A stretch of 64,000 bases of DNA from Flavobacteriaceae bacterium (lineage in GTDB: Bacteria; Bacteroidota; Bacteroidia; Flavobacteriales; Flavobacteriaceae). Made by a program: the position numbers and the translations under genes. The notes under the pieces are model-generated. The model was not told the DNA's origin, did no database searches, and worked only from the letters and a program-made list of their open reading frames with translations. The stretch spans positions 10,592 to 74,591 of the forward strand of contig PBCE01000001.1 of NCBI GenBank assembly GCA_002716845.1. Direction: 5' to 3'. Of the stretch, positions 49,254-58,168 are shown piece by piece; position 1 is the stretch's first letter, and every line of letters begins with the position of its first letter.

Positions 49254-49720
49254 TATTCTAATCTGAGAATATTATTCATAATAATTGCTGTTTCCCAACC
49301 ACGGTATTGCATGGCTTCCCAAACTTTTTTCTTTCGAATGGTAAGGGGTTTTTCTTGGTGGGATGTCCAAAATTTTTCGGCCAATGTTTCAGCACATTCT
49401 GAATAGGCGTCATCAGAAATTTCGTTCATGGCATTTTTGATGTTCCAATCAGAAATGTTACGCTGTTTGAGCGCTCTTACCAATCTATTTTTACCCCATT
49501 TTTTGATCTTAAACTTACCCCGTACAAAGTGCTCAGCAAAACGGGTTTCGTTGAGATAATTTTGTTCTATAAGATAAGAAACCACTGTATCGTTCTGATT
49601 TCCGTATACTTTCATCCGCTGAAGTTTTAAAAGTACTTCTTGATGACACCGCTCTTGATAGGCACAATACCGTTCCATTTTTTTTTGAATTTCTGCCAGA
49701 GAAGGCATTGCGTTGTTCAT
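49241..49720 (-). CDS. recX: Recombination regulator RecX
   Basis: YCAYQERCHQEV and repeated three-helix modules; 159 aa. Its 3' end overlaps the convergent receptor gene by 13 nt. Confidence 0.8.
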   Translation of the reverse strand: MNNAMPSLAEIQKKMERYCAYQERCHQEVLLKLQRMKVYGNQNDTVVSYLIEQNYLNETRFAEHFVRGKFKIKKWGKNRLVRALKQRNISDWNIKNAMNEISDDAYSECAETLAEKFWTSHQEKPLTIRKKKVWEAMQYRGWETAIIMNNILRLEYHKE

Positions 49721-49797
49721 AGCTAAAATTTAAAAGGATAGTTCCTCAATGATGACACAATTATAATTAATTTAATTGGGACATCAAATCTTATACC

Positions 49798-49896
49798 ATG
49801 GTGAAAGGCAACAAAAAGACAAACAAAGGTAAAATTATTAGGGGAAGTAATGGCGAGGGCCGCCCTTGTAAAAAAAGTAAACCAATTCGGCAATAA
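49798..49896 (+). CDS. 30S ribosomal protein THX-like (32 aa)
   Basis: MVKGNKKTNKGKIIRGSNGEGRPCKKSKPIRQ aligns with my recollection of Thermus Thx ([26 protein letters not shown]), with about 14 of 26 positions shared. It is below the ORF-track cutoff. Confidence 0.65.
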   Translation: MVKGNKKTNKGKIIRGSNGEGRPCKKSKPIRQ

Positions 49897-49980
49897 ACAC
49901 TTTTGATTGTAACGCTTTTTTATCCCTAAGTAATCCGTTTGTATTTCTAAAGGATAGCGCTTCTCTAGAGAGTTCCGAGC

Positions 49981-50014
49981 AAAAAAAAACCGCCTTAAAA
50001 CAAGGCGGTTTTTT
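49981..50014. terminator. Bidirectional rho-independent terminator (THX-like gene / rng)
   Basis: An A9 run, then CCGCCTT (49990-49996), loop AAAAC, AAGGCGG (50002-50008), then a T6 run. The A-run and T-run make it usable on both strands. Confidence 0.8.
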
Positions 50015-50016
50015 AG

Positions 50017-51576
50017 TTATTTAGTTCTGAGCAATCTTCTGTTTTGATCCAGAAAACGGAACTCTAAATACATAAAAGCATCACGTGGTACAACTTGTAT
50101 CCACTTTTTGTATTTGATGCACCAGCTGGCCCGGATGGATGGGAAACCACTGGTTAGATAGGCTGCAATAAAAGGATGTATATGTAAAAACACCTTCTTT
50201 TTTTTGTTTTGCCTGTTCTTGACAATTTTGTCAAGTTCTGCGTTGATTTTGTCTATTAAAACGATAGGGGCTTCAACCTCACCTTTTTTATTAGGGTTGG
50301 ATTCTCTGGTTTTAATATTCATTTCTGGACGTACGCGCTGACGCGTAATTTGAATTAGTCCAAATCTTGAGGGTGGTAGAATTTTGTGTTTTGTTCTGTC
50401 ACTTTCCATCTCTTTAAGAAGATGTTCAAAAAGCTTTTTTCGATTTTCGTTGGTGTTAAGATCAATGAAGTCAACCACAATTATGCCTCCCATATCTCTC
50501 AGCCTCAGTTGCCGTGCAATTTCGCTCGCAGCGATCATGTTGACTTCAAAGGCAGTTTGTTCTTGGGACCTGGCCTTGTTTGATCGATTTCCACTATTGA
50601 CATCGATAACGTGAAGGGCTTCAGTGTGTTCTATCACCAAGTAAGCGCCTTTTTGCATGGACACAGTTTGGCCAAATGAGGTTTTAATCTGTCTTTCTAT
50701 TCCAAAGTGATCAAATATTGGAGTATTTCTATTTTTAAAATACCTTACAATTGAAATCTTGTCGGGCGCAATCGTTTTCAAATAATCCTTTATTTCGACC
50801 AGCATCTCCGGGTCATCTACGTGTATGCCAGTGAAGTCATTGTCGAAAATATCTCGTAAAATAGAGGAAGATCGATTTATCTCACTGAGAATCTTTGTGG
50901 GATAATTGTTTACTTTCCCTAACCGCTCACATAAGTTTTTCCAACGGCCGAGCAATTGTTGCAAATCGGCGTCTAACTCTCTTACTTTTTGATTTTGAGC
51001 TACAGTTCTTATGATAACTCCAAAACCTTTTGGCCTAATACTTTTTACCAGTTTTTTTAACCGATTTTTTTCAGCATTACTTTCAATTTTTTGCGAAATC
51101 GAAATACGGTCAGAAAATGGAATGAGTACCATAAACCTGCCAGCTAGTGACAGCTCAGAACTCACTCTGGGTCCTTTAGTGGAGATGGGTTCTTTTACAA
51201 TCTGAACCAGAATTTGTTGCTGGGACTTTAGGTAATCTTGTATGGATCCATCTTTTGGTATTTCTTTTTCAAAACGAAAATTATTTAATGAATAGTCTTT
51301 GTTTCTACCTGAGTTAATGTTCTTAAAAAAATTTAATAATGAAGGTAAATTAGGCCCAAGGTCGTGGTAGTGCAAAAAACCGTCTTTTTCATGACCAACG
51401 CCAACAAAGGCTGCATTTAGTCCAGAGATTGGTTTTTTGATTTTGGCGACATAGATATCACCTACCGAAAACTTGTTGTCATCTACTTCTTTATTGAGCT
51501 CAATTAATTTTCCATCCTTGAGCAGTGCAAAATCAACAGCAGAGGATTTCGATCGTATAATCAGTTCTTTATTCAC
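50017..51576 (-). CDS. rng: Ribonuclease E/G family protein
   Basis: S1 domain N-terminus (GDIYVAKIKK), catalytic block HVIDVNSGNRS and GIIVVDFID. 519 aa, with an apparent GTG start. Confidence 0.92.
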   Translation of the reverse strand: MNKELIIRSKSSAVDFALLKDGKLIELNKEVDDNKFSVGDIYVAKIKKPISGLNAAFVGVGHEKDGFLHYHDLGPNLPSLLNFFKNINSGRNKDYSLNNFRFEKEIPKDGSIQDYLKSQQQILVQIVKEPISTKGPRVSSELSLAGRFMVLIPFSDRISISQKIESNAEKNRLKKLVKSIRPKGFGVIIRTVAQNQKVRELDADLQQLLGRWKNLCERLGKVNNYPTKILSEINRSSSILRDIFDNDFTGIHVDDPEMLVEIKDYLKTIAPDKISIVRYFKNRNTPIFDHFGIERQIKTSFGQTVSMQKGAYLVIEHTEALHVIDVNSGNRSNKARSQEQTAFEVNMIAASEIARQLRLRDMGGIIVVDFIDLNTNENRKKLFEHLLKEMESDRTKHKILPPSRFGLIQITRQRVRPEMNIKTRESNPNKKGEVEAPIVLIDKINAELDKIVKNRQNKKKKVFLHIHPFIAAYLTSGFPSIRASWCIKYKKWIQVVPRDAFMYLEFRFLDQNRRLLRTK

Positions 51577-51593
51577 TCTGTTGAATTTTAGTT

Positions 51594-51669
51594 ACGACTG
51601 TTGCTAAACTAGTCGTTGTTAAACAATAGTTTTTCAGGATTTTCCTGAAGATACTGTTTTAGCAGTATC
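51594..51669 (-). promoter_or_regulatory. Three tandem stem-loops in the rng leader
   Basis: Hairpin 1: ACGACT/AGTCGT (51594-51616, 11-nt loop). Hairpin 2: TTCAGGA/TCCTGAA (51633-51649, 3-nt loop). Hairpin 3: GATACTG/CAGTATC (51650-51669, 6-nt loop). Hairpin 1 ends 18 nt before the rng start. Confidence 0.45.
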
Positions 51670-51715
51670 ATATGTCAATGAACGTTGGAGTATATTTTAA
51701 GTGTATTTCCAAACA

Positions 51716-51805
51716 CTATTTTTTCTTGTGGCGATTGGCTCTACGACGCTTTTTTCGTTTGTGCGTGGCTACCTTATGCCGTTTTCTCTTTTTACCACTG
51801 GGCAT
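51716..51805 (-). CDS. 29-aa Arg/Lys-rich micro-protein (bS22-like ribosomal-protein candidate)
   Basis: ATG at 51805, TAG at 51716-51718. Product is MPSGKKRKRHKVATHKRKKRRRANRHKKK. It lies between hup and rng on the same strand and is below the ORF-track cutoff. Confidence 0.55.
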   Translation of the reverse strand: MPSGKKRKRHKVATHKRKKRRRANRHKKK

Positions 51806-51836
51806 ATTTAAACTTTAAGTTTGAATTCATAATGAT

Positions 51837-52130
51837 TTATTGAACTACTTCCACCTTAGCTTTGACGCTACTTGTAAATATTTTGGCGGGTTTAAAGGCG
51901 GGAATGTTATGGGCGGGGATTTTTACAGCAGTATTTTTAGAAATATTTCTGCCGGTTTTTTCAGCCCTTGTTTTGATGATAAAACTGCCAAAACCACGTA
52001 AATAGACATTTTCTCCTCCTTCTAAAGAATCTTTAATCTCCTTCATAAAGCTTTCTACGGTTGCTTGAACGTCTGTTTTGTCTATTCCCAATTTGTCAGA
52101 TATGCTGGTAACGATATCAGCTTTTGTCAT
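51837..52130 (-). CDS. hup: HU-family DNA-binding protein
   Basis: MTKADIVTSISDKLGIDKTDVQATVESFM...GFGSFIIKTRAEKTGRNISKNTAVKIPAHNIPAFKPAK. Confidence 0.93.
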   Translation of the reverse strand: MTKADIVTSISDKLGIDKTDVQATVESFMKEIKDSLEGGENVYLRGFGSFIIKTRAEKTGRNISKNTAVKIPAHNIPAFKPAKIFTSSVKAKVEVVQ

Positions 52131-52167
52131 AGTTAGTTAGTATTAATTTTAGCGTTTTAAAGGATTG

Positions 52168-52175
52168 CAAATATA
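52168..52175 (-). promoter_or_regulatory. -7 box TATATTTG upstream of hup
   Basis: Plus-strand caaatata equals minus-strand TATATTTG, ~38 nt upstream of the hup ATG. Confidence 0.4.
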
Positions 52176-52258
52176 AAAATTAAAATGATAATTCATTTAG
52201 TCTTACCTTTTTATATTTACGGATGCTTTTAGTTGATAACCTAGTATTTCTAAGATAA

Positions 52259-53305
52259 ATGGCTTTTCATCAAAAACTATTGTATTGGTATGATGAGAAT
52301 CGCAGATCATTTCCTTGGCGAGACAATAAGGATCCCTACAGGGTATGGCTGTCAGAAATTATTTTACAGCAAACACGTGCTGTGCAGGGTTTGCCCTACT
52401 ATGAAGCCTTTATTACCGCTTTTCCCACCATTAGAGATCTTGCTACGGCCAGTGAAGACCAAGTGCTAAAACTTTGGCAAGGTCTGGGTTATTACACCAG
52501 AGCACGAAATTTGCACACTACTGCCAAAATTGTTGTTGATTGCTACGGAGGTAATTTTCCGGCAGAATTTCAGGAGATAAAAAAATTAAGAGGCATTGGG
52601 GATTATACAGCCAGTGCCATTTCCTCTATTTGTTTCCAGCAACCCCAGGCTGTAGTGGACGGTAATGTCTATAGGGTGCTGTCAAGAATCTTCGGTATTG
52701 ACCTTCCCATTGACGGCTCCAGCGCCCACAATCACTTTAAAAATAAAGCGCAACAATTGATGCGAAATGCTCCTCCTGGGGATTTTAATCAAGCCTTGAT
52801 GGAGTTTGGAGCACTCCAATGTACTCCAAAGAATCCAGATTGTGAACACTGTATTTTCAAAAGTGAATGTGTGGCTTTTAAAAATGAAAAAGTAGCATTA
52901 CTACCCGTGAAAGTTAAAAAGGTAAAAGTCCAAAAACGCTATTTTCATTATATAGTATTAACCGATACTTCTAAAAACACATTGTTAGAAAAAAGAACGG
53001 GAAAAGGTATCTGGCAAAACCTCTACCAATTTCCGCTCATAGAAACCGAATCAAGACAAAATCCCTTCAAAAAACAAAATATTGACAGCTTGTTGGCTAA
53101 GAAGAATATTGATGACGACTATGTAATGGAAAAATGGAATGAAAAAGCAATTTTTCATAAACTGACGCACCAACATTTAGAAATAAATTTTTGGATTGTA
53201 AGGCTTATTAATTGTAAAATTTTAAAAACCAACAGCAGCTCATTGAAGGACTTTCCAATGCCCAAGGTTCTTCAAAATTTTAGAGATAATTTTTTTACAA
53301 ACTGA
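52259..53305 (+). CDS. mutY: A/G-specific adenine DNA glycosylase
   Basis: HhH-GPD block LRGIGDYTASAI, a 4Fe-4S loop CTPKNPDCEHCIFKSEC and a NUDIX-like C-terminus. Confidence 0.93.
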   Translation: MAFHQKLLYWYDENRRSFPWRDNKDPYRVWLSEIILQQTRAVQGLPYYEAFITAFPTIRDLATASEDQVLKLWQGLGYYTRARNLHTTAKIVVDCYGGNFPAEFQEIKKLRGIGDYTASAISSICFQQPQAVVDGNVYRVLSRIFGIDLPIDGSSAHNHFKNKAQQLMRNAPPGDFNQALMEFGALQCTPKNPDCEHCIFKSECVAFKNEKVALLPVKVKKVKVQKRYFHYIVLTDTSKNTLLEKRTGKGIWQNLYQFPLIETESRQNPFKKQNIDSLLAKKNIDDDYVMEKWNEKAIFHKLTHQHLEINFWIVRLINCKILKTNSSSLKDFPMPKVLQNFRDNFFTN

Positions 53306-53350
53306 TCGTGATTTATTACATTTGAGATACTAATCCAAAAATCTTCTATC

Positions 53351-53773
53351 ATGAGCGGTACATTAAACAAAGTTATGTTAATTGGCCATCTCGGAGACGA
53401 CGTGAAAATGCATTATTTCGACGGAGGTGGATGTTTGGGAAGATTCCCACTGGCAACGAATGAGGTTTACACCAATAAAACCTCTGGCGAAAAAGTTACA
53501 AACACAGACTGGCACAACATTGTAGTGCGAAACAAAGCAGCCGAGGTTTGTGAGAAATACCTCGGTAAAGGGGATAAAGTTTATATTGAAGGTAGAATCA
53601 AGACTAGGAAGTGGCAAGATCAAGAACAAAAAGATCGGTACACCACAGAGGTAAATGTAGACGAGTTTACTTTTTTGTCCACTAAGAAAAATGATGCTGA
53701 AGGGTCCGCCCCAACCTCCGCTAACCCCCCAGCATCCGATGAAGCTCCGCCCGAAAGCGATCTTCCTTTCTAA
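53351..53773 (+). CDS. ssb: Single-stranded DNA-binding protein
   Basis: OB fold (LNKVMLIGHLGDD...WHNIVV) and an acidic C-terminal tip DLPF. Confidence 0.95.
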   Translation: MSGTLNKVMLIGHLGDDVKMHYFDGGGCLGRFPLATNEVYTNKTSGEKVTNTDWHNIVVRNKAAEVCEKYLGKGDKVYIEGRIKTRKWQDQEQKDRYTTEVNVDEFTFLSTKKNDAEGSAPTSANPPASDEAPPESDLPF

Positions 53774-53788
53774 TCAAAGTAAAATTAA

Positions 53789-55105
53789 TTGGATCCTGAC
53801 CCTTTAAGTTTATTGATTTTATCCGTAGAAATACAGGGTTCTTTATTGATTCAACTGCTTGTTTTAACCCTATTATTAGTCACTTCAGCCCTTATTTCTG
53901 GAGCTGAGGTGGCTTTTTTTTCGTTGACTAAAGACCAATTGGAGTCAGAGAAAGAAAAAAAATCGCGGCAAATAGAAGTCATCCAAAAAATGCTAGATAA
54001 ACCCAAAAGACTACTGGCCACCATTTTGATTACGAACAATTTTATCAATATTGCCATAGTATTGCTTTTTGCAAATCTTGGTGAGGAATTGTTCAGTCAA
54101 ATCGAAAACCCATTGCTGGTTCTTTTGATAGAAATTGGTTTGATTACTTTTTTGATACTTTTTTTCGGAGAGATTCTGCCAAAAATATACGCCAACAGAA
54201 ACGCGTTTAGTTTTTCCAAAACCATGGCGTTTCCAATTTTTACAATAGATCGCTATTTTTTATTTTTTATGACCATCCCCATGAGTAATATTACCCGATT
54301 TATGGAATCCCGATTGGCGAGAAAAAACAACGAGTTTTCAATCGATAAATTATCACAGGCCTTAGAGTTGACCGATGAGGAGGAAACGACAAAAGAGGAG
54401 CATAAAATTCTTCAGGGCATTGTAAACTTTGGTAATACTGACACAAAACAAGTCATGTGTCCCCGTATTGATGTATTTGCGTTGACCGAGGAGATGGATT
54501 TGGAAACCATAGTCCCGCTCATCCTTGAAAAAGGATTTTCGCGTGTGCCTGTTTATAAAGAAAATATGGACAACGTTACGGGTATTCTTTACACCAAAGA
54601 CTTACTGCCCCACTTGGAAGACGTAACCTTTGAATGGCGCAGCCTACTAAAACCCGCTTTCTACGTACCTGAAAACAAAAAATTAGATGATTTGTTAAGG
54701 GAGTTTCAACAGAAAAAAATTCACTTGGCCGTTGTCGTAGATGAATATGGGGGAACCTCGGGCGTCATCACCCTTGAGGATGTAATTGAGGAGATTGTCG
54801 GGGACATCAGTGATGAATTCGACGATGATGAATTGGTTTATTCCAAGTTAGATGATCACACAATAGTTTTTGATGCAAAAATCAACCTAAAAGATTTCTA
54901 TAAAGTAATCGGCTTGGAGGATGAAGAAATTTTTGAAAAATCCAAAGGCGAATCTGAATCAATAGCAGGTTTCGTTTTAGAGGTGGCGCAGTTCTTCCCC
55001 AAGGTGGGACAGGTCGTCGAGTATGAAGGTTATAAGTTTGTTGTCGAATCTGCAGACCGAAGGAGAATAAAAAGAATAAAGTTGATTTTACCTACCTCCA
55101 AATGA
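53789..55105 (+). CDS. gldE: Gliding-motility-associated CNNM/CBS-pair/CorC_HlyC protein
   Basis: DUF21 TM domain, two CBS domains and a CorC_HlyC C-terminus. The ssb-gldE-gldD order matches the arrangement described for Flavobacterium johnsoniae. Apparent TTG start. Confidence 0.75.
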   Translation: MDPDPLSLLILSVEIQGSLLIQLLVLTLLLVTSALISGAEVAFFSLTKDQLESEKEKKSRQIEVIQKMLDKPKRLLATILITNNFINIAIVLLFANLGEELFSQIENPLLVLLIEIGLITFLILFFGEILPKIYANRNAFSFSKTMAFPIFTIDRYFLFFMTIPMSNITRFMESRLARKNNEFSIDKLSQALELTDEEETTKEEHKILQGIVNFGNTDTKQVMCPRIDVFALTEEMDLETIVPLILEKGFSRVPVYKENMDNVTGILYTKDLLPHLEDVTFEWRSLLKPAFYVPENKKLDDLLREFQQKKIHLAVVVDEYGGTSGVITLEDVIEEIVGDISDEFDDDELVYSKLDDHTIVFDAKINLKDFYKVIGLEDEEIFEKSKGESESIAGFVLEVAQFFPKVGQVVEYEGYKFVVESADRRRIKRIKLILPTSK

Positions 55106-55665
55106 CTGTGATTAGTCGACTAATCGTTCTAATGGTGATTTTGACAGGAACAGCAGCTTGCGAAACCTCCTATGGGCCCAAGCCAAAAGCCTTATTGCGC
55201 CTCCAATATCCTGTGCCACAATACACCGATGCCCCTGCTGCGTTTTCATTTGGTTTTAAATATAACAATTGGGCAGAACTCAAAGGATTGGAAAAAAAAG
55301 CACCCGACCTTTACTATGCCGATATGAAGGCAACATTGTACCTGTCTTACATATCCGTAAAAGACAATATAGATTCTTTGTTGAATGATGCTTACCAACT
55401 CCCTGGAAAACATATGATTAAAGCTGAGGAAATTCCGGAGCGGGTATTTATCGCTCCAGAAAATAGGGTGTATGGGACGTTGTTCACAGTAGTGGGAAAT
55501 GCCGCCTCTCAGCTCCAGTTTTTCCTTACAGACTCTACAGATCACTTTCTGATGGGTTCCTTGTATTTCTACTCTAGGCCCAATTATGACTCTATTATGC
55601 CTGCTTCTAAATATGTGGAACGGGATGTTATCCATTTAATGGAAACTTTACGCTGGAAGTATTAG
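55102..55665 (+). CDS. gldD: Gliding-motility lipoprotein GldD-like
   Basis: 187 aa with lipobox GTAAC and a 4-nt ATGA overlap with gldE. The call rests on synteny and size. Confidence 0.65.
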   Translation: MTVISRLIVLMVILTGTAACETSYGPKPKALLRLQYPVPQYTDAPAAFSFGFKYNNWAELKGLEKKAPDLYYADMKATLYLSYISVKDNIDSLLNDAYQLPGKHMIKAEEIPERVFIAPENRVYGTLFTVVGNAASQLQFFLTDSTDHFLMGSLYFYSRPNYDSIMPASKYVERDVIHLMETLRWKY

Positions 55666-56027
55666 TCTAAGAGTTCGAAATTATTAACAGCATAAGCCTC
55701 CCCTGTATTCAAAACGACTTCGGTAACCTGAGTAGGGGTCAGTGACGCTGCATCGAATGTCAAGGTAGCTTTTTGAGTTTCAAAATCCACCTTAGCCGCC
55801 ATGATTCCTCTGGTATTATTGAGATTTTTTTCGATAACAGCTGCGCAACCCATGGCGCAAACCATTCCCCCAATTTCCATTGACATTTTTTGGGATTTTT
55901 CAAAGACCACCTTGGTGACTTCCGGTGAAGTATCCACAACAATTGTTTTTGGTGCAGCACTGTTTTTACAGGCAGAAAGCGTCAAAAATAAAAATCCGAT
56001 AAAGTTTAAAAAAAGGTTTTTTCTCAT
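55662..56027 (-). CDS. Heavy-metal-associated (HMA) domain lipoprotein
   Basis: Lipobox LTLSAC. An HMA fold with GGMVCAMGCAAVIEKNL, which has a CxxxC spacing rather than CxxC. Confidence 0.75.
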   Translation of the reverse strand: MRKNLFLNFIGFLFLTLSACKNSAAPKTIVVDTSPEVTKVVFEKSQKMSMEIGGMVCAMGCAAVIEKNLNNTRGIMAAKVDFETQKATLTFDAASLTPTQVTEVVLNTGEAYAVNNFELLD

Positions 56028-56098
56028 AGGTCAAAGATAATGCAATTAAAAAAATCAGCTGTTCTTTTCAGCAATACATCAGGGTCTCATGAATTTTT

Positions 56099-58168
56099 TT
56101 ATTCAAACATACTGTCCTCCATAGGTTCGTTTAGTGAGATGGACTTTATGTTAAAATCAATTTTCTGAGGCCCCATATTTTGTTTTATCAGATGTGGGAA
56201 CAGTATGCCCTCTACCGCTTTGAATGCACCATAGGATGTAGTGGCAGACTGGATTTGCCCTTGTACTTCATTGGTTTCAACGGATTGGAGCTTTAGAAAA
56301 TCATCAACGGAATAATAAATAGATTTTTTGTCAGACCATTTAATTTCATAAGCGTCCTTTCCATCAATAGAAACAACGCCAACCAGTGTAATTTCATTCT
56401 GATCGACATCCAACTCGGGAAACAATGCAGCTTCTTTTAGGGCATTTTCAAATTCTGCTGCTTCCATCTCGACCTTTTGCCCTCGCATTTCGTTATATCC
56501 CTTTTCGGTGTTGATGACAGTCTTTTGCATAACATTACCCATCATACTCACCTCCAATAACATTTGTTTCTTATTGGTTTGTCGGTTAGAAACTTGAATG
56601 GTCATGCCTTGCATACTGGCCTCGGATAAAGTGGCTATCGATTTAACGGCCTCCAATTTCTCTCGCCCTCCAATCGTCGCAATGTAGCCTTCAATAACTC
56701 TTTTTGCGGTAACCCCCTCGGGCATGGTTTTGGAAAATTCGGGACGGACTGTTGTGTTACCATATTTGTCGTAGAAGTTTACTTTTAATGGTTGTCCGTT
56801 GAATTCAATCTTTTCCAAAGGGGCTAAAATATCACTCCCTTTTCCGGTTACAACAATCCGCAATTGGTTGGGATTAAAGTATTTTTGGGAAACTCTTTGA
56901 ATGTCCTCTTGAGTTACTTTTTGAATATTTTTTAGTAGATTGTTGTAAAAATTGTCCGGTAAATTTTGGGTTTTGGTGTTGTAAGCAAAATTTGCAATGT
57001 TTTCGGGATTCTCCATTGAGCGAATCAAGGATCCTGCGTATTTTTTCTTTACCAGTTTTAATTCATCCTCTGTAACCATTTCCTTATTCATTCGATCAAT
57101 TTCATAGAGTAGCTGCACCACCGCACTGTCGCTTACAGCATTTCGTACCGCGGCAAATGCACGCATTCTCGATTTGGTCTTGTAATTAAAGGTATACCTC
57201 GAATAGGAACCGTAGGTGTACCCCTTGTCCTCCCTTAGGTTGAGAAACAATCGGGCTTCTCCACCTCCGCCTAAAATCTGATTGGCAATCGTGAGTGCAT
57301 AGTAGTCTGGATTGTTCTTGTCTATACTTGCTGTGCTTAAAAGAGAAATTTCTGATTGAACAGCATTGGGCATTTCTACAAAATCAATTTGGGTTTGGGT
57401 TACGTTTTCAGGATCGGGAAATACTGTAGACACTACTTTGCCTTTATCCCATTTATCCAGATATTTTTTAGTGAGCATTTTAGCACTGTCAAAATCAATA
57501 TCACCCACAATAATGACATAGGTGTTTTGGGCATGGATTCTTTTTTGATATTGTTTTTCTAAGTCTTCAAGCACAACTTTTTTGACACTTTCCTCCGATA
57601 CATATTCACCATAAGGGTGGTCACTCCCATAGGAAAGAAGATTTTCAACACGCCTAGCAGCCGCTTTAACATCTTTTTCCTCTGACCTTAAACCCTCTAA
57701 AGTTTTTTCAACCTCTTTTTGAAATTCCTCAGCGGTAAAATTTGGATTGAGCAGCGCATCGGCCATCATTTCAAAGACTCTTGGAAAGTAGCGCTTTAAA
57801 GAACTGCCATAGGCTCCCTCCGAATAGACATTTAAGCTGGCGCCCATAAAATCGATTTCTTCATTAAAATCGTCCTTTGGAATATTCATAGACCCTTTTC
57901 CCATCATGCTGGAAAGAAGTCCTGACACCCCCGCTTTTTCACCTTCAACATAGAGGGGGTTATCAATCCGCAAGGATACAGATACTTGAGGTAGTTTGTG
58001 ATTTTCTACCACTAAAAGGGTAATACCGTTCTTGAATTGATGTTCCTGAGGTGTTCCAAAATTGATGTCTGGGGCAGGCCCAGGTTTGGGTTGTACAGAA
58101 CGGTCGATCTGTCCTTGGACATTGCTGTAAAAAGCAAAGCATGCTAATACTATTATGGCTCTAATCAT
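56099..58168 (-). CDS. M16-family peptidase, non-catalytic-type subunit
   Basis: 689 aa with M16 folds but no HxxEH motif (GVSGLLSSMMGKGS sits in its place). It overlaps the partner gene by 4 nt. Confidence 0.8.
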   Translation of the reverse strand: MIRAIIVLACFAFYSNVQGQIDRSVQPKPGPAPDINFGTPQEHQFKNGITLLVVENHKLPQVSVSLRIDNPLYVEGEKAGVSGLLSSMMGKGSMNIPKDDFNEEIDFMGASLNVYSEGAYGSSLKRYFPRVFEMMADALLNPNFTAEEFQKEVEKTLEGLRSEEKDVKAAARRVENLLSYGSDHPYGEYVSEESVKKVVLEDLEKQYQKRIHAQNTYVIIVGDIDFDSAKMLTKKYLDKWDKGKVVSTVFPDPENVTQTQIDFVEMPNAVQSEISLLSTASIDKNNPDYYALTIANQILGGGGEARLFLNLREDKGYTYGSYSRYTFNYKTKSRMRAFAAVRNAVSDSAVVQLLYEIDRMNKEMVTEDELKLVKKKYAGSLIRSMENPENIANFAYNTKTQNLPDNFYNNLLKNIQKVTQEDIQRVSQKYFNPNQLRIVVTGKGSDILAPLEKIEFNGQPLKVNFYDKYGNTTVRPEFSKTMPEGVTAKRVIEGYIATIGGREKLEAVKSIATLSEASMQGMTIQVSNRQTNKKQMLLEVSMMGNVMQKTVINTEKGYNEMRGQKVEMEAAEFENALKEAALFPELDVDQNEITLVGVVSIDGKDAYEIKWSDKKSIYYSVDDFLKLQSVETNEVQGQIQSATTSYGAFKAVEGILFPHLIKQNMGPQKIDFNIKSISLNEPMEDSMFE

